A DNA stretch of 64,000 nt, taken from positions 512,001 to 576,000 of the forward strand of contig OZ242220.1 of assembly GCA_965206745.1 (NCBI GenBank). The letters are read 5' to 3'. Numbering within the stretch: position 1 is the first letter of the stretch; each line of letters starts with the position of its first letter. Shown here piece after piece: positions 39,736-50,087 of this stretch. The position numbers and the translations under genes are program-made. The notes beneath the pieces are model-generated. The model saw nothing but the letters and a program-made list of their open reading frames with translations, made no database searches and was not told the origin of the DNA. This DNA is from Nitrosopumilus sp. (GTDB taxonomy: Archaea > Thermoproteota > Nitrososphaeria > Nitrososphaerales > Nitrosopumilaceae).

Positions 39736-40233
39736 CTAGCCCGGTCTTGACTCGTCTGAATTCCTGGCATGCTCTGCGGACTCTGACTTTAGCATCTCTA
39801 TCTTTTGTATAGTCTCATCCATCTTTTCTGTATCCCCGCCCTCAATCATGTTGGCTAAAACCTTGGTCTCTATGATGTACGAGTTGAACGTTCTCATGGC
39901 ATCCATGTAGCTGATATAGCTTGGCTGCCATTGCTCAGACGGCTTTGATGTCACAAACTCGCCTATCTGCGCAGTCATCTGGCCTGTTGTGATTTCAGTT
40001 ATTTCAATATAGTCTTGCGGTGAGATGGTACCTGCCCTCAGACTGTCATATTCGATCTCAATTGACTCCTCTAGGACCTCGTGGATATTTTTTACGCCAT
40101 CCAGATAATTCTCATAGTCAGATACGACAAAGGTCGTCTGGACATTCTGGGGAACTATCCACAGCACAAAGCTTGCACCTGTGATTGCAGCCAAGATTAT
40201 TGCAGTCACTGCTATGCCTCTCTTTGATGCCAT
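39736..40233 (-). CDS. Membrane-anchored hypothetical protein
   Basis: N-terminal TM helix and an acidic helical body. Confidence 0.68.
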   Translation of the reverse strand: MASKRGIAVTAIILAAITGASFVLWIVPQNVQTTFVVSDYENYLDGVKNIHEVLEESIEIEYDSLRAGTISPQDYIEITEITTGQMTAQIGEFVTSKPSEQWQPSYISYMDAMRTFNSYIIETKVLANMIEGGDTEKMDETIQKIEMLKSESAEHARNSDESRPG

Positions 40234-40484
40234 TTTGTAATTTTACTGACAGGGTGTTTATAACTGATAATAATCGGTCAAATTCTGATTTTTTCAAGAA
40301 ATATCGTAAAAAACATGATTTCTTATAATACTGTGCATGTTTTTTTAAAAAATATTGGATTTTTTTTGTAAATATTCATTTAATGGATATTCTGGTGCCT
40401 GAAAAAATTTACGCACATCTAGCCTATAGTGAAATATTTTTTACAGCCTCTGCCTAAATACCACAAAGTTTGACAAATTTTGTA

Positions 40485-40631
40485 ATGGTTCAAGCATATT
40501 GCGTAAAATGTAGAGAAAAACGGGATATTAAAGATCCTCAAGAAACTACGCTAAAGAACGGACGCCCTGCAGTAAAAGGCACGTGTCCAACATGTGGTAC
40601 TAACGTCTTCCGTATCGGAAAGATAGACTAG
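40485..40631 (+). CDS. Small zinc-ribbon protein (DUF5679-like), absent from the ORF track
   Basis: MVQAYCVKCREKRDIKDPQETTLKNGRPAVKGTCPTCGTNVFRIGKID*. Confidence 0.82.
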   Translation: MVQAYCVKCREKRDIKDPQETTLKNGRPAVKGTCPTCGTNVFRIGKID

Positions 40632-40701
40632 TCTTGCACAAGGCCCACACGATTTCTCTTTTTCAAAAACCAATATAGGGTCTGTCATGCACCGTTTTTT
40701 G

Positions 40702-41124
40702 ATGACTAAATCCGATTATCAGTTCCTTCTCAAACGCATACAGGACAAGCTTGGCGATACTGGCACAAAGTCCCAGACCCGGTTTGAACTGCCAATAGTG
40801 GATGTCATGTGGGAGGGCCAAAAGACATTTTTAAGAAATTTCTCAGAGTTTCCCAAGATTTTACGCAGGGATCCCGACAAGGTCTTGCAGTACCTCTCAA
40901 AAGAGTTTGCAGTTCCGGCAGAACGGCTAGGTGACAAGGCAATGTTTGTCGGCAGGCGAGCCCCTGATGACTTTACACGCCTGTTTCAGATTTACGTAAA
41001 GGACTATCTGGAGTGTACGACATGCAAAAGTCCGGACACAAAGATCTTCAAGGAGAACCGGATCTCATTTCTGGTCTGTGAGGCCTGCGGTGCAAAGTCC
41101 ACTTTGAAGGGTAAATATGCGTGA
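40702..41124 (+). CDS. eif2b: Translation initiation factor aIF-2 beta
   Basis: T..NF..RRDP..KE; CTTCKSPDT..CEACGA zinc ribbon. Confidence 0.92.
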   Translation: MTKSDYQFLLKRIQDKLGDTGTKSQTRFELPIVDVMWEGQKTFLRNFSEFPKILRRDPDKVLQYLSKEFAVPAERLGDKAMFVGRRAPDDFTRLFQIYVKDYLECTTCKSPDTKIFKENRISFLVCEACGAKSTLKGKYA

Positions 41125-41420
41125 TGCCCTTTTCAGTGCGAACTTCCAGCTATCAAAACGAGTCAATGCTGAACATATGTGATGCTGATCTGTTGGGCAA
41201 GAAGATCACGCAAGGAGAGTTAACCATGCACATCAGCGAGGGCTATTACGGCCAGAGGTTTGTAGAAGAAGACGAGGCCGAGATGCTCCTAAAGAACTCG
41301 TCTATAATCAACATTGCAGGGGAGAAGGCCGTCTCCCTGTCACTAAAGCTGGGACTAGGTTCCAAGGATGCCATAAAGACTGTCTCTGGCGTTCCGTTTC
41401 TGATAATCTTTAACGCATAG
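41121..41420 (+). CDS. DUF424 family protein
   Basis: ICDADLLGK..YYG..NIAGEKAV..GVP. Confidence 0.8.
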   Translation: MMPFSVRTSSYQNESMLNICDADLLGKKITQGELTMHISEGYYGQRFVEEDEAEMLLKNSSIINIAGEKAVSLSLKLGLGSKDAIKTVSGVPFLIIFNA

Positions 41421-41492
41421 TCTGACTATCATGAATGCTCTTTTGAATTCCGACTCCAAGCCCTTTTATCTGACAGAGGAGCATCTCCTCTA

Positions 41493-42272
41493 TTGACTGA
41501 CATAATCAGTAAAAAATTGGAATCCAAGCTAGATGACAAGCTAGACTCAAAACGGAGACGCTCCCCACTAGAGGACGGATTCAAGAAGGGCAAAGTAGTC
41601 AACGAGGTTCTAGACAAGCCAACTGTCATGACACTTTACAAGATGATCACAGATCACGTTATAGCTTATGTCAACGGTTCTGTAAGTGCGGGAAAGGAGT
41701 CGGTTCTTTTCTGGGGCGTTGATGGTGATGATGCCAGTGTCGCCTTGAAGATTTACCTGGTAAGCACTGCAAATTTCAAAAAACGTGAGCCCTACATCAC
41801 CGGGGATCCAAGATTCTCCCACCTCAAAAAGGGCACAAAGAATCTTGTCTACCTGTGGGCAAAAAAGGAGTATCGAAACTTGACCCAGTGCTATGAGGCA
41901 GGAATCCCTGTTCCAAGGCCGCTTTATGTCACAAACAACGTGCTTGCCATGGAGTTTATCGGTGACGGCGGAGCCCCTGCAAGATCACTGTTAACCTCGG
42001 AGGTCGATGAGGATGACTATCTTCAGGCCATATCCATTTTACAAGACATGTACAAAAAGGCAAAGCTGGTCCATGGTGACTATTCCGAATATAACATCTT
42101 CAAGACGGAAAAAGGACTGGTCGTCTTTGATCTGGGTTCCGGAGTTGATATCAGACATCCAAACGCACAAGAGTTTCTCAAACGTGATATTAATAATATC
42201 GGAAGGTTCTTCAATAAAAGAGGAGTTGCTGTTGAAGATTCAGAGAAGATACTTGGAGACATTGTAAGATGA
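41493..42272 (+). CDS. rio1: RIO1 family kinase
   Basis: SAGKESV, ALKIY, WAKKEYRNL, LVHGDYSEYNI. Confidence 0.92.
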   Translation: MTDIISKKLESKLDDKLDSKRRRSPLEDGFKKGKVVNEVLDKPTVMTLYKMITDHVIAYVNGSVSAGKESVLFWGVDGDDASVALKIYLVSTANFKKREPYITGDPRFSHLKKGTKNLVYLWAKKEYRNLTQCYEAGIPVPRPLYVTNNVLAMEFIGDGGAPARSLLTSEVDEDDYLQAISILQDMYKKAKLVHGDYSEYNIFKTEKGLVVFDLGSGVDIRHPNAQEFLKRDINNIGRFFNKRGVAVEDSEKILGDIVR

Positions 42273-42841
42273 GCTTTGAGAAGCTGCTCCGCATCCCAAA
42301 TGATCGGATTGCCGTGTTAATTGGCAAGTCCGGAATTATAAAGTCCGATATTGAACAGGCATGTCACGTCTCCCTGGAGATCGACGGCGATACAGGCGAG
42401 GTCATTATCCGGACACAGGGGGACGTTGAAAAGATACAGCCGTTCAAAGCCATGGAGATTGTCACTGCAATAGGGCGAGGATTCTCCCCTGAGAATGCCA
42501 TGACCCTGCTAAAGGGCCAGAACGCATTGCATGTGATAGATCTTCGGGAGTTTGCAGGAAAGTCAAATGCCAATGTTGAAAGGATAAAAGGGAGGATTAT
42601 TGGAGAGGGTGGTAGGGCAAGACGAAACATGGAAAATCTTAGTGGTACTCATATCTCAGTTTATGGAAAGACCGTATCAGTTATTGGCGACTCAAGCAAG
42701 CTGCGTCTGGCAGTGGATGCCATCTCCTCGATCTCAAGTGGAAGCATGCACGGTGCAGTTTATACAAAGTTGGAGGCAGCCAACCGCAAGGTAAAGCAGG
42801 AAAAGATGCAATTATGGGAAGATCAAGATGTCTTCTATTAA
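42269..42841 (+). CDS. KH-domain pre-rRNA processing protein (Pno1/Dim2)
   Basis: LIGKSG, AIGRGFSPE, KGRIIGEGG. Confidence 0.9.
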   Translation: MSFEKLLRIPNDRIAVLIGKSGIIKSDIEQACHVSLEIDGDTGEVIIRTQGDVEKIQPFKAMEIVTAIGRGFSPENAMTLLKGQNALHVIDLREFAGKSNANVERIKGRIIGEGGRARRNMENLSGTHISVYGKTVSVIGDSSKLRLAVDAISSISSGSMHGAVYTKLEAANRKVKQEKMQLWEDQDVFY

Positions 42842-44756
42842 TGAAAAATTCAACCAGATCTCACCAAGTGAATTCTTTTACAGCAATCGTGACTTGGCAG
42901 GATTCAGCAATCCAACAAGATCCCTTTACACTGCAGTCAGGGAGTTTGTCGAAAATGCCCTTGATGCATGTGACCAGAAGGGAATTCTCCCAAGCGTCCA
43001 CCTGATCATCGAGGCAGTCGACCCTGAAAAGCCGGATCCCAAGCCGTACATACTGACTGTAAGGGATAATGGTCCGGGAATAGATGCCGAGCACATTCCG
43101 CTTGCATTTGGAACCGTGCTTTATGGTTCCAAGTTCGGACTCAAGCAGGCAAGGGGGATGTTCGGACTCGGGGCAACCATGGCAATCCTTTATGGACAGA
43201 TCACCATCAACAAGCCTGTAACGGTAAAGAGTTCAGTTGACGGCATCACGCAAGACACCTTTGAGCTACTACTTGACATTCAAAAGAACAAGCCTGTAAT
43301 TGTAAAGCACACAACCAAGGACGTCTCAAGGAAGGGACTCAGTGTAAGCATCTATCTGCAGGGAGACTATTCAAAGGCGGGAAACAAGATAAGGGACTAT
43401 GTCTATGAGACATCGCTGATCACCCCGTATGCCTCAATTACCTTTGATGATCCAAAGGGGCAGAAATTCAGCCATCCAAGGTTTGTAAAGGATATTCCTC
43501 CGCCACCTACCATCATCCGCCCGCATCCGCACGGGATAGACGTGGAGCGAATCCGAAGGATGATAGTGGAATCGCAGTTTGAGATTCCAAACATCGATGA
43601 TGCAATGATTGAAAAGGTCCGAAAGGATCTGGGACTGTCGGCAAAGAATCTTGGCTTTAATGCAATCATGGATAAGGCAAAGAAAAAGTGGAAGACGCTT
43701 CCGCGACAGGTAAGGGTGGTGATTGCACTGATGTCGTTTTTGAAGATGGATTTTGAAAAGCTAAACAAGATAAAGATTGAGGATATCGACATGACAAACA
43801 AGAAACTCTTCTACTGGGACTTTGGCGACTCGCAGTCAAAGTCTGTCGACATGGATCCGGAAAGCCAGTACTACAAGCAGCTAACAAACACCGTACAGGG
43901 TGAGCCACTGACAACGTTTCTCACAAAGAGATTCCAGAGGATTGGGCCTACCACTGCAGTAAAGTTTGCAAATTTTGCAGGATTCAAGCCAGAAAAGAGA
44001 ATGGGAACCCTCTCAAACCAGGAACTGGTCAACCTCAGTGACTCTCTTCAGAGATTCGAAGATTTCATGGCACCTGATTCCACATGTCTTGCCCCATTAG
44101 GCGAGGTGCCGCTGGAGAAGGGAATCAAAAAGTTCTTCAATCCCGACTTTACTGCCGTAGTCCAGCGTCCTGCATCGGCATATTCTGGATTCCCGTTCAT
44201 CATTGAGATGGGCATCGCATATGGCGGGGATATAAAGTCCGGAGGTCCGCATGTCTACAGGTATGCCAACAGGATTCCGCTACTATACGATGAGGGAAGT
44301 GACGTCGTACTCAAGGTAGTCAATGAGACTGACTGGGGACGGTACAAGGTAAAGGGGGATCCTCCGTTTATCATAGTGTCACACATCTGCTCCACTAGGA
44401 TCCCGTACAAGACTGCAGGAAAGGAGAATGTTGCAGACAGGCCGGAAATTGAGCGGGAGCTCAGATTGGGACTGCAGTTTTTGTCTCGAAAGCTGGCAGC
44501 ATACATGTCAAAGCGTGGCCAGGCCGATATGGCAAAAAAGAGGGCAAACCTTTATGCAAAGTATATACCGCTGATTGCAGAGTTTTGCACAGAGCTTGCC
44601 GGAAAAAAGAAACAGCCTAATTACAAAAAGATTCTTGAAGACAATGCAGTTGAGCCAAAACCGACAGATAGTACCGTTGAACCAAAGCCCGCAGATGGTA
44701 CCGTTGAACAAAAACCCGCAGAGGGCAGTACCGGAGAACCAGTAGGGGAGAACTAG
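42828..44756 (+). CDS. top6B: DNA topoisomerase VI subunit B
   Basis: EFVENALDA, DNGPG, GSKF..RGMFGLG, RYANRIPLLYD. Confidence 0.96.
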   Translation: MSSINEKFNQISPSEFFYSNRDLAGFSNPTRSLYTAVREFVENALDACDQKGILPSVHLIIEAVDPEKPDPKPYILTVRDNGPGIDAEHIPLAFGTVLYGSKFGLKQARGMFGLGATMAILYGQITINKPVTVKSSVDGITQDTFELLLDIQKNKPVIVKHTTKDVSRKGLSVSIYLQGDYSKAGNKIRDYVYETSLITPYASITFDDPKGQKFSHPRFVKDIPPPPTIIRPHPHGIDVERIRRMIVESQFEIPNIDDAMIEKVRKDLGLSAKNLGFNAIMDKAKKKWKTLPRQVRVVIALMSFLKMDFEKLNKIKIEDIDMTNKKLFYWDFGDSQSKSVDMDPESQYYKQLTNTVQGEPLTTFLTKRFQRIGPTTAVKFANFAGFKPEKRMGTLSNQELVNLSDSLQRFEDFMAPDSTCLAPLGEVPLEKGIKKFFNPDFTAVVQRPASAYSGFPFIIEMGIAYGGDIKSGGPHVYRYANRIPLLYDEGSDVVLKVVNETDWGRYKVKGDPPFIIVSHICSTRIPYKTAGKENVADRPEIERELRLGLQFLSRKLAAYMSKRGQADMAKKRANLYAKYIPLIAEFCTELAGKKKQPNYKKILEDNAVEPKPTDSTVEPKPADGTVEQKPAEGSTGEPVGEN

Positions 44757-44757
44757 A

Positions 44758-45879
44758 TTGACTGCAACCAAGAAAGAGCAAACCAGAATCAAGGAGCGAA
44801 GCAAAAAGGCTGATCTGAAACAAAAGAACATCCTTGAGATGCTCAAAAGCCACGGCGCAAAGATATATGACGAACTAGACAACGGACAGTTTCCAAAATT
44901 CTCCATTCCAAGCAGATCCGTAAACAATATTGTCTATGACAAAAAGCTCAGGCAGTACATTCTTGGGAGCAATGCCGCAATCAGAAGCTCGAGAAACTCT
45001 GCACAACTGAGATCCTTTACCCAGCTGATGTGGCTGGCATTCTTTGCAAACAGGCTGACACATGAGAAGAAATCATCCACTCTGAGGGATGTCTACTATT
45101 CATCGCAGGCATTTGCAATCGAGTTTGAAGACCAGTCAGAGTCTGACAATATCATTGTAGACTTGGAGGCTGTAACCTCCAAACCAAGGGAGGACTTTCA
45201 CATATTTCCTGAAGAGCGAAGCTCCATCTTTGGGGATTTGAACATAGAGTATACCATACCCGGATATGAGGGAAAGACCATGAACCTCTCAAACCATCCT
45301 GACGGGTATTCCATAGGTCCGAGTCTGACTACTGCCGAACTAGTTGATACCAGTGCGGAGATTGTTATTGCAATTGAAAAGGGCGGCCTATTCACCAGGT
45401 TTGTAGAGGAACAGATTGACAAGAAATTCAAGTCCATCATTATCAATACGGGGGGACAGGCACCGCGTTCAACTAGAACCCTGCTAAAGAGGCTGCACGA
45501 GGAGATGAAGCTGCCTGTGATAGTTCTGACTGACGGGGATGTGTACGGGGAGCACATTGCGATGGTCATAAAGTCCGGCTCTGCCAATGCTGCGCACCTG
45601 CGGGAACTGACAGTCCCTGATGCAAAGTGGGTGGGCGTGTGGGCTACAGACATTGAAAAATACAAGCTGCCAACGATCCCAATGACCGAGTCTGACATCA
45701 AGCGATGCCATGATCTGAAAAAGGATCCCAGGTATCAGGATGGAATTTGGAAGAAGGAGCTTGACGTGTTTCTGAGATTAAAGAGAAAGGCAGAGCTTGA
45801 GGCCTTTTCAAAATACGGCCTGACTAACATCACTGACAAGTATCTGCCACAAAAGCTAGAGTTGGCAAAGAGTCTCTGA
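44758..45879 (+). CDS. top6A: DNA topoisomerase VI subunit A
   Basis: TLRDVYY, IEK, TDGDVYG, KAELEA. Confidence 0.96.
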   Translation: MTATKKEQTRIKERSKKADLKQKNILEMLKSHGAKIYDELDNGQFPKFSIPSRSVNNIVYDKKLRQYILGSNAAIRSSRNSAQLRSFTQLMWLAFFANRLTHEKKSSTLRDVYYSSQAFAIEFEDQSESDNIIVDLEAVTSKPREDFHIFPEERSSIFGDLNIEYTIPGYEGKTMNLSNHPDGYSIGPSLTTAELVDTSAEIVIAIEKGGLFTRFVEEQIDKKFKSIIINTGGQAPRSTRTLLKRLHEEMKLPVIVLTDGDVYGEHIAMVIKSGSANAAHLRELTVPDAKWVGVWATDIEKYKLPTIPMTESDIKRCHDLKKDPRYQDGIWKKELDVFLRLKRKAELEAFSKYGLTNITDKYLPQKLELAKSL

Positions 45880-46362
45880 TTATTTTATCCTCAGCGTCAA
45901 TACGCCGTTTCTATATTTGAAATCAAATATCTGCATCTCATTGGAGCCGGCTATTGGAATCTCCTTTGAAAATCCGGACGTGCCACGAATGTATAATATT
46001 CCGTCTATCAGCCTGACTGCAATCTTGTCCTCAGGACCTGGAACCTCTGCGACAAAAACAAACTCTTCCTCCCCCTTGATTAAATCATAGACCCAGTTCT
46101 TTGTCTCCTGTTCCCTGGATTTGGTGTATGTTGGTTTTTGATCCTTTGCCATCTTTTTTAGGATTCTGACCCAGTAAAACATTGTAAGTGCTGCTGCGCC
46201 AATCAGGATAAAACTGACAAATCCTGTATCTGCCCTGTCGGTCATGATGTAGATTATTCCCAAGAACAAGATGACGGCTATGGGAATTACAAAATTTAAT
46301 GACTGCTCATTTGAGTATGCTCCCTTGTAACTAGCCAAACAGTAAATATTACTGCCTGCCAA
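45880..46362 (-). CDS. Membrane-anchored Hsp20/alpha-crystallin-like protein
   Basis: Two TM helices, then VAEVPG..YRNGVLTLRI. Confidence 0.75.
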   Translation of the reverse strand: MAGSNIYCLASYKGAYSNEQSLNFVIPIAVILFLGIIYIMTDRADTGFVSFILIGAAALTMFYWVRILKKMAKDQKPTYTKSREQETKNWVYDLIKGEEEFVFVAEVPGPEDKIAVRLIDGILYIRGTSGFSKEIPIAGSNEMQIFDFKYRNGVLTLRIK

Positions 46363-46443
46363 ATATAAAGCCTCTTTGGTATTGCAGAAATTATCCTCAC
46401 TTTTGGTTTAATTATCCAAATAGCTGCCAGATGTTTTAGATTC

Positions 46444-47529
46444 CTATCCTTCCAGATTATCCACTATTTCCTCTAGCTGTGCCTTGATCTCCTTCTCAGT
46501 CTTCTTTGCAATCTCTTCGATATCTTCCGTGGATTTGTTGATGTTGGTACACTGTCTCTTGATTTTACGCAAATCTTCAATCTTTTGTCGAATCTCTGAT
46601 GTCTTTGCAAGGATCAATTCAGCATCAAGCTTCTTCTCCTTGGTGCTCTCTGATCGTAATTTTGCCCTGGCCCATTTGTAAGCAATGTGGATTATCTCCC
46701 CATCCATTATCTCCTCTTCGTCATTTTCAACGGCACAAACTAGATGATTTCCATCATATTCATTGAACCATCCAACGGTATCTGGAAGTGAATTTTTATT
46801 TTTTGCCACAAAAATGGCATAATCTGCCCCTCTGTTCTCCATGGAATCTTTTAGCTCCCTGTGGATGTCCTTCTCTGAAATTCTGTTCATGTTTTTCATT
46901 TCAAAGACAATCTTCTTTCCGATATCGCCTAGTGTCAAAACAAAATCCCCCTTTTTTGAGCCAGTTATCTTGCCTGGAATAGTACCTGTTTCCTCTAATC
47001 TGTCTGAATGAACTCTTGCAATCCATTGCAGTTTCTCTGCACACTGCTCTTCAAAGACTAGTCCTTTCTTCGTGCCCCGCTCTTCTGCTTCTTTGACTGC
47101 TTCGTTTATTCCAATCTTTTCTCTAATTTTATCCAGGTTTTCATCCAGATCCTTTCTGAGAATGTATAGCGGGCTTCCCTCACGATTAGGATTGAACAGT
47201 TCTTTGATGACCTTTCCGTCTTCTCCAAAATGATCTCTTACAACTTGAGAAAACTGTCCTCTTTCCCCAAATACCCCATCTAATTTTTTGGAAAAGTCTG
47301 AATCCAAGTTATCAAATGCCTTTTCAACATAATCTATGTTTTCAGACGCCCCGATTGACCTTGTTACAGATATTCCAACCTTTAGCAGATTCAACAATTT
47401 TTCTTCTAGATCTTCTGACTCGTTCAAATTTTGAAAATATGACACAATATCGCTGTCATGAATCTGAAAGTCTTTGAGGTATAACCCGTCCTCAGTTGAT
47501 CTGATTTTGTCTTGTTGTTCAGAGGTCAC
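46444..47529 (-). CDS. Coiled-coil PD-(D/E)XK protein (RmuC/DUF2130-like)
   Basis: KGLVFEE..KGDFVL..VFEMKN flanked by coiled coils. Confidence 0.6.
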   Translation of the reverse strand: MTSEQQDKIRSTEDGLYLKDFQIHDSDIVSYFQNLNESEDLEEKLLNLLKVGISVTRSIGASENIDYVEKAFDNLDSDFSKKLDGVFGERGQFSQVVRDHFGEDGKVIKELFNPNREGSPLYILRKDLDENLDKIREKIGINEAVKEAEERGTKKGLVFEEQCAEKLQWIARVHSDRLEETGTIPGKITGSKKGDFVLTLGDIGKKIVFEMKNMNRISEKDIHRELKDSMENRGADYAIFVAKNKNSLPDTVGWFNEYDGNHLVCAVENDEEEIMDGEIIHIAYKWARAKLRSESTKEKKLDAELILAKTSEIRQKIEDLRKIKRQCTNINKSTEDIEEIAKKTEKEIKAQLEEIVDNLEG

Positions 47530-47624
47530 TAGTGTAACAGATTTTTGATATCCTCTATTTATAGGATCTTTGGATTATCAAAATGAAAATACCTCCTCAT
47601 GGAAATCCCCTTGCTAATTTGATA

Positions 47625-48560
47625 CTATGGGAAATAATCTTCATCTATCTTTTTTAATTCCATTTTGGACTCTGGGGAAAAACCCACATTATATTCAAAC
47701 ATTAATTCTGCCAATTTTTTTCCATTAATTAGGATGATTCTGCTAGATGTCTCTTGAACGAATTTCTTCGTTTCCTGAGAAAAATCTGATGTCGTCAGGA
47801 AGATTCCTTTTTTAGATTTTTTGGCATCTAAAGAACCTGCAAAATCTCGAATCGCACTACCTGGTACGGTTCCTTGGTATCTTTTTGCTTGAAGTAAAAT
47901 TTGTTCTAATCCTAGTTTATCTCCATAAATCACTCCATCAATACCCTCGTCTCCGCTTTTTCCAGTAACTGTACCGCTTCCATAGCCCATTTTTTGAATC
48001 AAGTTAACAACCAATTGTTCAAAAAAATCAAATGTGTTTTCTTTTACTTTATCTAAAATTTCTGATTCTACTTCCTGTCTATATTTCTTATAACCCAAAC
48101 TCAATAAATCTTCTGGAGATGCATCTTCATCTGATATTAAAGAGATTACATCATCTTTACTATCTTCTTTCATTTTGTTAAAAAATTCAGAATATTTTGG
48201 AATTCCCATCAAATATTTCCTGTCCATCTGTTCTGGATTCTTTTCTAAAATTTCTTTTCCACTAGAGGTAATTTTGATTGTTTTATCTGCAAGTTTTTCA
48301 ATCAAATCAGCTTTCTTCAAGTCAAATATGGCCCATCCTATTCTACTATCTATGATGGTTTGACTGCCACTTGGTTTGAGTAATTTTCTTTCTTCTTCAG
48401 TTAATTTGAAGTGTTGATATACTATCTCTTTAATCTCTTTCATTGGTTTTGGTGTTTTATCTTTTAGAGTTTGAAGAATTGGTAATGTTATCTCATGATA
48501 TTTTGGAAGAATCAAATATTTTACTGTCTCCTCTGCATCACAAATTGATACATAATCCAA
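47625..48560 (-). CDS. mrr: Mrr-family restriction endonuclease
   Basis: Mrr_N (LPKYHE..LKPSG..SRIGWA), FFEQLV, DEGIDG, QAKRY, GIFLTTSDFS. Confidence 0.92.
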   Translation of the reverse strand: MDYVSICDAEETVKYLILPKYHEITLPILQTLKDKTPKPMKEIKEIVYQHFKLTEEERKLLKPSGSQTIIDSRIGWAIFDLKKADLIEKLADKTIKITSSGKEILEKNPEQMDRKYLMGIPKYSEFFNKMKEDSKDDVISLISDEDASPEDLLSLGYKKYRQEVESEILDKVKENTFDFFEQLVVNLIQKMGYGSGTVTGKSGDEGIDGVIYGDKLGLEQILLQAKRYQGTVPGSAIRDFAGSLDAKKSKKGIFLTTSDFSQETKKFVQETSSRIILINGKKLAELMFEYNVGFSPESKMELKKIDEDYFP

Positions 48561-48742
48561 TCTGGAACGTTTTTGATATTCTGGTTCTGCACCAATTCCT
48601 CATTAAACATTGACTCTTTTGATATTTCATCCATTACTTATCTATTTTGTAATCGTAAATATGGAATACCTGAACCTGACTGTACCTCGGGGCCTGACCA
48701 ACGTCAAATGTAGAACCTGATCTTTGGTTTTTATTACCATTT

Positions 48743-48976
48743 TTGAAATTCCCGATATTGTCTGATGACAAGCAATCAAAACTCTCAATCCGTGAAATTG
48801 CACTAAGGGGAACCCTCATTGCTGCAATCATTACCATTCCATCTGTCATAGCGTTTGTCTCTGCCTGGCTGATACTGGAGAATCTGGTCTATGCTGCAGT
48901 ATTGGGGGCAATAGTTCATTTTATTGCCATGGGATTCTCCCTGAGAATCTCCAGAAAAATCCTGGTCAAAAAATAG
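48743..48976 (+). CDS. Small two-TM membrane protein
   Basis: Two hydrophobic helices with a basic tail. Confidence 0.6.
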   Translation: MKFPILSDDKQSKLSIREIALRGTLIAAIITIPSVIAFVSAWLILENLVYAAVLGAIVHFIAMGFSLRISRKILVKK

Positions 48977-48986
48977 CACATAGATC

Positions 48987-49373
48987 ATGTTTTATGTTGT
49001 ACAGTCCAGTTCAAAACTAATGTCCTACTTGGGAATTGAGCACGATCTCGTCTCTGAAATCCGCCTGAACTCCCTTCAGGCCAAGGTCTTTCTGCTGGTG
49101 ACATGTTCTGGCAGAATGTCCCCTGAAAAAATTGCCGAGAAACTGGGGATCCCAGTTGATGATGCAAGGGAGACATCAAGGGACCTCATGGCACTTGGCG
49201 CATTTATTGACATCACAGCAGAAGAGTTTGAGGCCATGCATCCCAGGTTCACTGCGGTAAACATGTACAGGAAGATGTGTGAGCGGGAGAATGTTGAATT
49301 TAAGCAGAACAAGGCAGTCGATAACATTGGGGTGGTCTTGGAAAAACCCTACGATGATGCAAGGACTAAATAA
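48987..49373 (+). CDS. TrmB-like HTH protein
   Basis: LNSLQAKVFL..MSPEKIAEKLGI..FEAMHP. Confidence 0.65.
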   Translation: MFYVVQSSSKLMSYLGIEHDLVSEIRLNSLQAKVFLLVTCSGRMSPEKIAEKLGIPVDDARETSRDLMALGAFIDITAEEFEAMHPRFTAVNMYRKMCERENVEFKQNKAVDNIGVVLEKPYDDARTK

Positions 49374-49794
49374 TGCTAAAACTCGGCAAAGAGCATTGAG
49401 CATTGATACTGAGACATGCAAGCATCAGCCAGTATATTTTGGCGTGGTAAACATCAACGTTGATGAGAGGACCATCGGGTCAGTTGACGTATGGCGATGC
49501 GGGGCCTGCAAGAAAAAATTCTGCGAGGAAAAGCAGCTTGGAATCGAGGAGATTGCAGAGACAGTAGGGATGCCAAAGATTGATGCAGATGCAAAATGGG
49601 CAGTAACTGTGTGCAGACTGCAGCAGGGAAAATACAAATGGAAACTGGTGAAAATAAAGGAGACAGGGGAGATAAAGCACGAGTGTCTTGAAGAAAAAGT
49701 GGTTCCCCTTGTGATTAACGATTTTAAGGTAAAAGATGACCAGCATTGGAGCTTTTTAATTGATGAGAATGTCAACAGGGCCGTAGAAATCTAG
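49279..49794 (+). CDS. Cys-containing hypothetical protein (true start probably ~49396)
   Basis: CKH..WRCGAC motifs; the annotated 5' part overlaps the previous gene. Confidence 0.6.
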   Translation: MSGRMLNLSRTRQSITLGWSWKNPTMMQGLNNAKTRQRALSIDTETCKHQPVYFGVVNINVDERTIGSVDVWRCGACKKKFCEEKQLGIEEIAETVGMPKIDADAKWAVTVCRLQQGKYKWKLVKIKETGEIKHECLEEKVVPLVINDFKVKDDQHWSFLIDENVNRAVEI

Positions 49795-49802
49795 TCTTTG
49801 AA

Positions 49803-50087
49803 ATGGAACTCCAAGTTCACATCAACAATATTCGTGGAAGCCAGATGGCAGCCAAGATAACTGGCAATTTCACAATTGACGGAAACGACTTTCGCTTTAC
49901 GGCCATTGCCTTTGGCAGGATAGGCGGGCAGAACATCGGGGCAAAACTATCCCAGACCACTGAGGAGGAGCTGGCAAAGCTAGGCTATGATGTTGACAAG
50001 GTCATAGATATGCTTCAGAGGAACCTGCTTGAAGGGGACTTGACGCTTCCAGAGGGACTTGACAAAGAGTCCTTTGTAGATGACTAG
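49803..50087 (+). CDS. Hypothetical protein
   Basis: 94-aa ORF in operon context. Confidence 0.62.
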   Translation: MELQVHINNIRGSQMAAKITGNFTIDGNDFRFTAIAFGRIGGQNIGAKLSQTTEEELAKLGYDVDKVIDMLQRNLLEGDLTLPEGLDKESFVDD

